Shown: in pieces, positions 38,932 to 48,273 of the stretch
How the letters are laid out: every line of letters begins with the position of its first letter
Numbering within the stretch: position 1 is the stretch's first letter
NCBI GenBank assembly: GCA_963780225.1
Contig: CAWAAX010000026.1
Span: 128,001 to 192,000, forward strand
DNA from: an uncultured bacterium
GTDB lineage: Bacteria; Edwardsbacteria; AC1; EtOH8
Direction: 5' to 3'
DNA: 64,000 bases
Program-made: the position numbers and the translations under genes
Notes under the pieces: generated by a model
What the model saw: only the letters and a program-made list of their open reading frames with translations
The model's database searches: none
What the model was told of the DNA's origin: nothing

Positions 38932-39399
38932 ATGCTGAAAGAGTTCAAAGAGTTCATCCTGCGGGGCAACGTGCTGGACCTGGCCGTGGCGGTGGTCATC
39001 GGCGCGGCTTTTGGAAAGATCGTCTCATCGCTGGTGGCCGACGTGCTGATGCCGCCCATCGGCCGGCTGGCCGGAAAGCTGGACTTCAGCAGCATCGTGA
39101 TCCCTCTGGCCAAGCCCGAGGGGATGGACCTCACCAAGCTCACTCTGAAGGCGGCCACCGATATGGGCCTGCCGGTGATCAGGATCGGAATGTTCCTTAA
39201 CAACGTGATAGATTTTCTGATCGTGGCCTTCGTCATCTTCCTGGTGATCAAGCTGGTCAACCGGCTGCAGCGCAAAAAGGAAGCGCCGCCGGCCGTGCCC
39301 ACCACCAGGGAATGCCCGTTCTGCGTGTCCGCCATCAGCCTCAAGGCCGTCAAATGCCCGAATTGCACCTCGGACCTGCCGGCTGTCAACGCTAAATGA
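38932..39399 (+). CDS. mscL: Large-conductance mechanosensitive channel with C-terminal zinc ribbon
   Basis: [34 protein letters not shown]; tail ECPFC...KCPNC. Confidence 0.93.
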   Translation: MLKEFKEFILRGNVLDLAVAVVIGAAFGKIVSSLVADVLMPPIGRLAGKLDFSSIVIPLAKPEGMDLTKLTLKAATDMGLPVIRIGMFLNNVIDFLIVAFVIFLVIKLVNRLQRKKEAPPAVPTTRECPFCVSAISLKAVKCPNCTSDLPAVNAK

Positions 39400-39452
39400 A
39401 CTTAGTATTTTTAACCACTTTGCGAAAACTTAACAGGTTTGCCTTAAAGCGG

Positions 39453-39482
39453 TTGACAAAAGAGGTTTTTTTAGGTTATAAT
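39453..39482 (+). promoter_or_regulatory. Consensus sigma70 promoter for the tRNA-Gln/GIY-YIG locus
   Basis: TTGACA(39453)-18 nt-TATAAT(39477). Confidence 0.7.
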
Positions 39483-39550
39483 TAAAAGATATCAGGGGCT
39501 GAAAGGTTTGATGTCCCTGATGCTGTTTTTAAGAAGCGACTAATTTTCAC

Positions 39551-39689
39551 TGGGGGATCGTCCAACGGCAGGACACATGGCTCTGGACCATGGTATCGGG
39601 GTTCTCCGCCTGATGTCCGGCAGGAAAGCCCGGCGGCGGCGGACCCGCCGCGTATCAGGTCTTATATAATGCCTTAGGCGGGGAATCCC
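39551..39689 (+). pseudogene. Interrupted tRNA-Gln copy: exact 5' 54 nt, 78-nt insertion in the T-loop, no 3' acceptor strand
   Basis: 39551-39604 is identical to 39942-39995; insert 39605-39682; GAATCCC resumes at 39683. Confidence 0.85.
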
Positions 39690-39695
39690 CACCCT

Positions 39696-39938
39696 ATGCC
39701 ATATTACGTATATGTGATAAAAAGCATAAGCAAGGGCACCCAGTACGTTGGCTCTACTTCTGATGTGCACAAGAGGGTAGCCGACCATAACGCCGGACGA
39801 AGTAGTTTTACCAAGGGACACCGCCCCTGGATGTTAGTACACCAAGAATCATTTACAACCAAGGCCGAAGCCTTGCAAAGAGAAAGATATTTAAAATCAG
39901 GAAAAGGCCGGGAAATACTCAAGAAAACAATTAAATAA
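39696..39938 (+). CDS. Stand-alone minimal GIY-YIG nuclease
   Basis: YYVYVIKS....QYVGSTSD...R...HNAG....TK..RPW.LV..E.F....EA..RE..LKSGKGR; 80 aa. Confidence 0.92.
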   Translation: MPYYVYVIKSISKGTQYVGSTSDVHKRVADHNAGRSSFTKGHRPWMLVHQESFTTKAEALQRERYLKSGKGREILKKTIK

Positions 39939-39941
39939 CAC

Positions 39942-40015
39942 TGGGGGATCGTCCAACGGCAGGACACATGGCTCTGGACCATGGTATCGGGGTTCGAATC
40001 CCTGTCCCCCAGCCA
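39942..40015 (+). tRNA. tRNA-Gln (CTG)
   Basis: TGGGGGATCGTCCAACGGCAGGACACATGGCT-CTG-GACCATGGTATCGGGGTTCGAATCCCTGTCCCCCAGCCA. Confidence 0.96.
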
Positions 40016-40066
40016 TAAAAAGGCTGCGGATTTAACCGCAGTCTTTTTGCTTTGCCCGGAAAATAG

Positions 40067-40428
40067 CCCCGATACCATTTTTATAATGGCGGGGTTCTCC
40101 GCCTGATGCTCCCTGCCGATGCCGCGCGGCGGCGGATGCGCCTCTGGCGCAGAATCCCTGTCCCCCAGCCATAAAAAAGACTGAAGTGTTTTTACTTCAG
40201 TCTTTTGTTTTTATGAGAACCCCGATACCGCAAAATGGTAGGGTTCTCCGCCTAATATTTATAGAAGTGCCTATAGCGGCGGTCGACCCGCCGCACTAAA
40301 TGATTTTTATGATCATCGAGGCAGGGGAATCCCCTGTCCGCCGAAGTTTGCACATATTGCTATCACAACGCAGGCGGGCTATCCCCCAGCTAACGATAAA
40401 GGACCGAAGCTTTTGCTCCGGTCCTTTT
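40067..40428 (+). repeat. Two further tRNA-Gln 3'-end modules with T-loop insertions, each followed by a terminator-like hairpin
   Basis: GGGGTTC(40091)-insert-GAATCCCTGTCCCCCAGCCA(40152-40171); GGGTTC(40241)-insert-GAATCCCCTG-insert-TCCCCCAGC(40390); hairpins at 40173-40206 and 40398-40428. Confidence 0.8.
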
Positions 40429-40465
40429 TAATTTTCCTATTTCCCAGCCTTATGTCCGAAGGGCG

Positions 40466-43400
40466 TCACCGCACCACTATCATTTTTTTGGTATCCCTGA
40501 ATTTTCCGGCTTGTATCCGATATAAATAAATCCCGTTTGATACTGTTTGTCCAGTCCCATTTTTACCGTTCCATTGGACACTATGCATACCCGCGGGCTT
40601 TACCTCATTTACCAGCGTGGACACTAACTGCCCCATCACGTTATATACCGTTATTTTTACAGGCGCCGTCTGTTTTATGGAATATCTAATCATTGTCAAT
40701 CCTTTGCTGGGATTGGGTTTGGATCCATACAAACAGTTTTCGTAAGCGTTTTCGTATATGTTGTGCTCTTGCTTTCCGTCCACTATCGGTTTACTCAGCG
40801 CATAAGTATTATACCCGAAATTTAGATAAACCGGTCCAGCGGAATCCGTCAGTGTCAACTGGTGTGAAATTGGCATTTGCATTTCGTTGCCGAATACATC
40901 GGTGATCTGAGAAATGCTGTAGTTTCCTGTATCCGGCAAATCAACCGTTGCCTGGCCTGGACCTCGGAACCACATGATTGCCGTGCTCCCCGACCCATTA
41001 TTTTTATGGCAGTACATTCCATATACATTCGCCTGTTCGATTGGAAGCACCACTACAGTATCACAGTCCTTCATTGCATTTGTAAATGTGCGCACGGCCT
41101 GCATTGCAGGTTTATCGTTATAATAATAATCCAACAAGCCGGTATTACTTACAAAGTTAAAAGGATCAGGTCCAGTATCCTTAATATCGTAATATATCAT
41201 TAGTGGGAAGTTAAGTGCCGTGCCTGTCAATAACTCGCGAGCAACATTAATCCCTTGTCTGATCCGATTTTCCTCTAAATGTCCATCAACGAAACTGCTC
41301 CACATTGATGAACCGTCCCATGATGATGAATATCCCCATTCCGTATTCCATGTTGGGGGATTAGTAGTAGGTAGGTACGTTTTAATGATGGCACGCCAAT
41401 AGGCAATATCATCGGTGGCGGATTCTGGCCCTTCAGGGCGGTAAGGATGAACACCAATAGCATCGGGATATTGCGGATTAGTTACGTTGAAATTAGACAA
41501 AAATCTCCGCAGATAACTAAAATCTACCAGGGCAAGTCCGCCGGTTGTTATTTTAATATTTGGATCGACTGCACGCAATCGTTGAATTACAGCTTGCGTT
41601 AAATTAAAATAATCATCAGGATCAGCATCCGGTGGCCAAAACACAGTTGAATCGTTTTGCTCATTCCATATTTCATAGGCTATATTATTATAACCCTGTT
41701 CCTGAAAATGACGGGCACAAGTATCTGCAAAACGTCCAAAAGCAGCAACAGCCGCGGAATCTGTCGGTGGTAAACCCCCTGTGTAAAATGGATGACCATA
41801 ATCTAAAATAAACAGGGCTTTCATATTTCGTTCCGGGACATCCAAAGAATCCAATAAAGCGTCATAATACGAAAAATCCCACACACCCGGCTCTGGTTCC
41901 ACTCTTGTCCAAGTCAGATCCGTTCGTATCCAGGAAAAACCGGCTGCCTTGGCACTATCCAACGCCCGGTAATCCGGCCAGGTGACCACCCCCAGCCTTG
42001 AAAGTACATCAGCATCGTATATCGGTGCCCATAAGCTACCATTAGATAACAGCAAATTACCATCGACAGGTAAAAGGGTATCTAATACTTCTACATCTTC
42101 TATTTCCAGTGTTCCAAAGGCGTCTGTCCTATCCCAATGTAATGGATCGCCAGCAATAATAGCAATACTTGTAACCTTTCCACTGAAAGTTCCATCACCA
42201 CCCCAATAGCCATCCGGAGGTGTTGTCAAATCAACTACCTGACGATACCAACCATTAGCATCTACCACAAATGGTAATATGGAACGGTATTGCAATGTTT
42301 GTCCTGTGCTATCCTGAACGCGTAAATAAACCTGAATCCCGGGTTTGGGTTTAACCAGAAATGAAATTGCTCTTGCCGATAAAGGTGTTGGCATGTTGTA
42401 TATCGCACTAACATAGTGGCTTTCAGGGTTAGTTAAATCATACCACAACAGTATTTTTCGTTGCTGGGTTTGCCCTTGATCATACGTAAGTGAACCCAAT
42501 GCGCCCGGGAATTCCAAGCCAAGGTAAAGCACCCAGTCATTAATATTCATTGGAAGCGGCACATTGGCAACGGGCAGATCATAAATCAATCGAGCATTTG
42601 TTATATATACCCAACCTATCGCATTCTCCGGGGTTCTGTCAATCGGATTGCAAGGAATAATTGCCAGCCATGAAATCTCCCCATCAAGAATTCCATTCGG
42701 ATTTGTCCCACCCCAATAGCCATCTGGCGGTGCTTTCAAATCAAAAGTCAGTAGATACCACCCGTTGGGATCGGTTATTTTATATGGGCGACGGGCACTG
42801 TACTGCAGCACTTCTCCTGTTTCATCCTGCACCCGCAGAACAATATTAATACCGGGATTTGATTTAACATTAAAAACAACGGCTCTTGTCAAAAATGGGA
42901 GATCAGACTATATTCAGCACTGATATATTGGCTTGTGGGGTTACTTAAATCATAATATATACCAAGTTTATAACCCATATCGGCAGGATCTGCCGGGTAT
43001 GGCATATTATTGCTATACTCGTACGATAGAGATCCAATTGCACCAGGAAACTGCTCACCTAAAGTTAAAGTAAAATAATCTATGTTTAAGATGATCTCGC
43101 TTTGACAAATCAAATATTCGCAACTACCGACTTGGCCAAACAGACCTTTAGTTACATGGTACATCTGCCAATACATTGTTTGTAATTGGTCCTCATCGTA
43201 ATCTAACATAAGGACCTTAGTAAAAACATATTGTTCCCCTGGCAACACCGTATCGGTTAAAGCTATATAAGTTGTTGCTAAACTATTATTAAGTGTTATT
43301 TTTAGCGATACCGTCCCAGGCGCCCATATTGTTCCGGTGCCCGTGTTCTTCATGGTAAATATAACAGTCGTTGGTTTTCCCGCTATAAAACTGTCAGGAA

Positions 43401-43500
43401 TGGAATACGAAATAGTTTGAGCATCCCATTTTACTTTAGCTGCCTGCAGTACTGTTGTGCCGAATAAAAAAACCATGCAAAGTAGTAATATACGTTTCAT
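40466..43500 (-). CDS. Secreted multidomain clan GH-A glycoside hydrolase (GH39/GH5-like) with repeated CBM-like domains and FlgD-Ig/T9SS-like C-terminus (frameshift near 42895)
   Basis: MKRILLLC signal with GGAGG RBS; repeats LGxxFPGAxGSL..RVQDxTG..LQY; WIRTDLTW, EIWNEQN, GVHPY, WNTEWG; PNP...GIYLYRI...KKMIVVR; split over ORFs 42889-43608 and 40466-42892. Confidence 0.78.
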
Positions 43501-43729
43501 GATACCCTCCAATTTATTGTTATGGAACGAACCTTGGTAAATCTCCAGCGATATCGTGATCCCTCCATTACTTCCTTTCTCATGCGGGGAGGGGCAGGGG
43601 TAAGCCAATGATCAAGTTAAATATCCTGTTATGTTTTCGGCATATGTATTACCCTCCTCTGTCATAAACATTAGGTTGAAAGAAGAAATAAGTAATAAGT
43701 AATATCCTCTGTGCTTTTCACCTGTTAAC

Positions 43730-45068
43730 TTACAGTAAATTGCTGGCCAGCTCGGCCAGGGGGCTGCGTTCGCCCTTCAGCAGATTGACATGGGCGAACA
43801 GGCTCTGGCCCTTCATCCGGTCCACCAGGTAGCTCAACCCATTGCTCTGGGCGTCCAGATAGGGGGAGTCGATCTGGTAGACATCCCCGGTGAAGACGAT
43901 CTTGGCCCCCTCGCCGGCCCGGGTGATGATGGTCTTGACCTCCAGCGGAGTCAGGTTCTGGGCCTCGTCCACGATGAAGAAGATGTTGGATAAACTGCGC
44001 CCCCTGATGAAGGCCAGGGCCGAGATCACCAGTTTTTCGTTCTGGATCATCTCGTTGATCTTGTTGTGCTCCTTGCTCTCCGGGGCAAAGCGGTGCCGGA
44101 TCACGGCCAGGTTGTCCCACAGCGGCTCCATGTAGGGGTCGATCTTGGACTTGATGTCGCCGGGCAAAAAGCCGATGTCCCGGTTGGCCAGGGGCACCAC
44201 CGGCCGGGCCAAAAATATCTGGTGATAGTTGCGGCGCTGCTCCAGGGCCGCGGCCAGGGCCAAAAGGGTCTTGCCGGTGCCGGCCTTGCCGGTGAGGGCC
44301 GCCAGCTGGATCTCGGGGCGGAGCAGGGCGTCCAGGGCAAAGATCTGCTCGGCGTTGCGGGGCTCGATGCCGTAGGCCGGCCGCTTGACCAGCCTCTCCA
44401 GGCCGTCCTTCTCCGGGTTGTAATGGGCCAGCACGCTGGAGCTGTGGTTCTTGAAGACGAAATACTGGTGGGGCAACAGCTCTTCCTTCAAGGGGAAGGC
44501 CGCCCGGGGCACCAGGTAGGGCTCCTGGTAGAACTGGGAGATGAAATCCTTGTCCATGTCCTCTATCACCCGGGTGGTGACATTCAACTGGTCCAGCTGC
44601 CGGATCTTGCCGGTTTGGTAGTCGTCGGCCTGCAGGCCCAGCGACTTGGCCTTCATCCTCAGATTGATGTCCTTGGTGACTATCACCACCTGGCGGTCCG
44701 GCATGCTTCCGGGTCAGCTCCTCGGCCATGGCCAAAATGCGGTGGTCGGCCTTGTCGGCGGCGAAGGAATGGTAGACCCTCTCCGAATGCGGGTCGCCCA
44801 CCAGGATGTGAAGCTTGCCCCGGCCCTTGCCCAGGGAGATGCCCTTGGTCAGAAGATGCTCCCCGGCCAGCTTGTCCAGGTTGCGGATGAACTCCCGGGC
44901 CTCGAAGTTGATCAGGTCGCTGCCTTTTTTGAACTTGTCCAGTTCCTCCAGCACCACGATGGGGATGACGATGTCGTGTTCCTCAAAATTCTCGATGCAG
45001 GTGTGGTCGTACAGAATCACGTTGGTGTCCAGCACGAAGAGTTTTTTTGCCTTTTTGCTTTCGGCCAT
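43730..45068 (-). CDS. PIN-PhoH fusion protein (PhoH2/YlaK-like; frameshift near 44702)
   Basis: FVLDTNV, EELD, D.RIL in ORF starting 45068; [34 protein letters not shown] in ORF 43730-44704. Confidence 0.9.
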
Positions 45069-45430
45069 GCTGTCCCCCTTTTGTAATGATGCAGTAAGGG
45101 TTGATGTAATAGGATTTAATGGATTAATTTCAATTTCCCACAGAAATCACGAAATAACGCGAAAATGCTTGAAAAAACATTTACCCATAAAGGCAGCTTG
45201 TTGTCTTTGATTCGCCCTTCAGTGTTTCGTGGCAATAAGGTTATTTCAGTTCCTTTCAAATATAACCCGATGACGGGATAAAATCAATAGCTTTTAGGAC
45301 CAAATTTCAAGCCGCTTAAAAATACGCCGAAAAATGTTGATTTGGGTCTTGCAATGGTTTGATTTTATATGTTAGAATAAATTTTCCACTTCATGAAAAA
45401 CAATCAAGCAATGCTATCAGCAGGAGTCAT

Positions 45431-45921
45431 ATGAAAAAGGCCAAGGCAGCTCCCAAGACGGTCAAGGGCGCAACGGCCCCGGCGGTGAAAAAAGCGGTGG
45501 CCCGGCATGCCGGCAACAAGGGGGCTTTGATCACGGTATTGCAGGAGGTCCAGGCCGAGCTGGGCTACCTGTCGGGCCAGACCATCGAGGACAGATCAGC
45601 CAAATCATGGGTCTTCCGTCCAGCCAGGTCTACGGCGTGGCCACTTTTTACACCCAGTTCCGGCTGAAGCCGGTGGGCAAGCACCTGATGAGGGTCTGCC
45701 ACGGCACCGCCTGCCACGTCAGCGGGGCGGTCAAGATCAGCCAGGCTTTGGAGGACGAGCTGAAGGTGGGCGACGGCGAGACCACCGAGGACGGAAAATT
45801 CACCCTGGAGACGGTGGCCTGCCTGGGCTGCTGCAGCCTGGCCCCGGTGATGATGATAGACAGCGAGACCTACGGCCGGCTGACCCCGGACAGCGCCCGC
45901 AAGGCGGCCAAGGATTTTTAA
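45431..45921 (+). CDS. NuoE/HydC-like 2Fe-2S subunit (StnA-like; frameshift near 45590)
   Basis: AGGAG RBS; ALITVLQEVQAELGYL then VYGVATFYTQF, CHGTAC, CLGCC in ORF 45607-45921. Confidence 0.88.
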
Positions 45922-45982
45922 CAGATCAGGAGAATCCCTCTTTAACCGCCGGATCCATAGACTCCAACAACAAAACCGGCAG

Positions 45983-46141
45983 ATGGTGATCAAGCCCCGG
46001 TTCGATTTCGCATGGGACTTCAAGCACGGCCTGGCCATGGTGAACATGGGCGGCAAGATGAACTCCTACGGCAACACCGAGGGCGGGACCTGGGGGTATG
46101 TTGATCGGACCGGGAAGTATGTCTGGAAATCCAGAGAATAG
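45983..46141 (+). pseudogene. C-terminal fragment of a WG-repeat protein
   Basis: Manual translation MVIKPRFDFAWDFKHGLAMVNMGG...TWGYVDRTGKYVWKSRE*; the upstream NKTG is out of frame. Confidence 0.6.
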
Positions 46142-46394
46142 CTAAGAAACGCTTGGATTTTTATAAGGAAACCATGAAACCAGGAATATTTCTTTTCTGA
46201 AATCCTCATTAATAATCAACAACCATTTCAAATTTTATCTGGAAACAGGCATCAACAAATATTTTCCTGTCTTCCTGGATTCCTCATAAATATAAAGTTC
46301 CTATAGTTTCCCAATTCAGTGTTTCCGTGTAAGTATGGTCGCGCTTGAAAGTCAAAAATTCAGAATAACCAATATATAACGGAGGGAAAGCCTC

Positions 46395-48209
46395 TTGAGA
46401 ACTGCTGCTGAAACCAAGAAAAGATCCTTAAAAAGCCCCGACTACCGGGTGGTGGTGGGGCTGGGCAGCTGCGGGATCGCGGCCGGCGGCCACAAGGTGA
46501 TGGCGGCCCTTAAGGACGAGATCAAAAAAAGCAAGCTTAACGTGGCCCTGGCCGAGACCGGCTGCGTGGGGATGTGCTACCGCGAGGTGCTGCTGGATGT
46601 TTACGACAAGAACGGCAATCTTTTCACCTACGGCAACATGACCCCGGAGCGCCTGCCCCGCTTGGTGGAGGAGCACCTGGCCAAACATCAGCCGGTGACC
46701 GACTGGCTGGTGCGGGCCCACAACCAGGCCCTGCCCGACGACAGTTTTTATGCCAAGCAGAAGCGGATAGTGCTGAGGAACTGCGGGGTGTTCAACCCCG
46801 AGAGCATCCAGGATTACATGGATCATCAGGGCTACAAAGCGCTGGAGAAGGCGTTGAAGACCATGACCCCGGAGCAGGTGATCAAGGAAGTGCTGGATTC
46901 GGGCCTGCGGGGCCGGGGCGGGGCCGGATTTCCCACCGGCCGCAAGTGGCAGTTCGCCCGGGACAGCAAGAACGACAAGAAATACATCATCTGCAACGGG
47001 GACGAGGGCGACCCCGGCGCCTTCATGGACCGCTCGGTGCTGGAGGGCGACCCCCACAACGTGATGGAGGGGATGCTGATCGCGGCCTATGCCATCGGGG
47101 CCCAGGAAGGGTACCTCTACGTCCGGGCCGAATACCCGCTGGCGGTGCAGCGGCTGAAGCTGGCCATCACCGAGGCCAGGAAGAAGGGCCTCTTAGGCAA
47201 GAACATCATGGGAACCGGATTCAACTTTGAGATGAAGATCAAGGAAGGGGCCGGGGCCTTCGTCTGCGGCGAGGAGACGGCCCTGATGGCCTCGATAGAA
47301 GGCAAGCGGGGGATGCCCAAGCTGCGGCCGCCATTCCCGGCGGTCTCCGGCCTGTGGGGCAAGCCCACCAACATCAACAACGTGGAGACCTACGCCAACG
47401 TGCCCTGGATCATATTGAACGGAGGGGCGGCCTTCGCGGCGCTGGGAACGGAGAAGAGCAAGGGCTCCAAGGTCTTCGCCCTGGCCGGGCAGATCGTGCG
47501 GGGCGGCCTGGTGGAGGTGCCCATGGGCATCACGGTGCGGGAGATCATCTACGAGGTGGGCGGCGGCATCAAGGGCGGGCGCCAGTTCAAGGCGGTGCAG
47601 ATGGGCGGGCCCTCCGGCGGCTGCATCCCGGCGGCCCTGGCCGACACCGTGATCGACTACGACTCGGTGACCCAGACCGGGGCCATCATGGGCTCGGGCG
47701 GCATGGTGGTGATGGACGACACCACCTGCATGGTGGACATCGCCCGGTTCTTTTTGGACTTCACCCAGAAGGAATCCTGCGGCAAGTGCACCTTCTGCCG
47801 GGTGGGCACCAAGCGGATGCTGGAGATACTGGACCGGATCACCAAGGGGAAAGGCGTGGAGGGCGACATAGAGATGCTGTTGGAGCTGGCCGACAAGATC
47901 AAGGTCTCCTCCCTGTGCGGGCTGGGCCAGACCGCGCCCAACCCGGTGCTGACCACCATCAAGTATTTCCGGGACGAGTACGAGGCCCACATCAAGCAGA
48001 AGAAATGCCCGGCCCACAGCTGCAAGGAACTGCTGACCTACGAGATCATCGCCGAGAAATGCGTGGGCTGCACGGCCTGCGCCAGGGTCTGCCCGTCGTC
48101 CTGCATAGCGGGCGCGGTCAAGAAGCCCCACACAATAGACCAGGCCAAGTGCGTCAAGTGCGGCAGCTGCGTGGTCAAATGTAAGTTCGATGCCATAAGA
48201 GTAAACTAA
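46395..48209 (+). CDS. NuoF/HydB-like flavoprotein subunit (StnB-like)
   Basis: N-terminal thioredoxin-like 2Fe-2S, GLRGRGGAGFPTG, NGDEGDPGAFMDR, GAFVCGEETA, SCGKCTFCR, C-terminal 2x[4Fe-4S]; TTG start with GGAGG RBS. Confidence 0.92.
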   Translation: MRTAAETKKRSLKSPDYRVVVGLGSCGIAAGGHKVMAALKDEIKKSKLNVALAETGCVGMCYREVLLDVYDKNGNLFTYGNMTPERLPRLVEEHLAKHQPVTDWLVRAHNQALPDDSFYAKQKRIVLRNCGVFNPESIQDYMDHQGYKALEKALKTMTPEQVIKEVLDSGLRGRGGAGFPTGRKWQFARDSKNDKKYIICNGDEGDPGAFMDRSVLEGDPHNVMEGMLIAAYAIGAQEGYLYVRAEYPLAVQRLKLAITEARKKGLLGKNIMGTGFNFEMKIKEGAGAFVCGEETALMASIEGKRGMPKLRPPFPAVSGLWGKPTNINNVETYANVPWIILNGGAAFAALGTEKSKGSKVFALAGQIVRGGLVEVPMGITVREIIYEVGGGIKGGRQFKAVQMGGPSGGCIPAALADTVIDYDSVTQTGAIMGSGGMVVMDDTTCMVDIARFFLDFTQKESCGKCTFCRVGTKRMLEILDRITKGKGVEGDIEMLLELADKIKVSSLCGLGQTAPNPVLTTIKYFRDEYEAHIKQKKCPAHSCKELLTYEIIAEKCVGCTACARVCPSSCIAGAVKKPHTIDQAKCVKCGSCVVKCKFDAIRVN

Positions 48210-48273
48210 TCGCCATGATCCCTCACAAATAGAAACACAATTTACAAAACCAATTCGAAAAAATAGCAGTTTT

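Noticed and set aside
39605..40378. Canonical CRISPR array, or group I/II or BHB intron in tRNA-Gln
   Set aside because: The constant parts are only 6-bp inverted ends, there are no cas genes, the inserts are too short for self-splicing introns, and no interrupted copy has both tRNA halves. Kept as a non-canonical finding instead.
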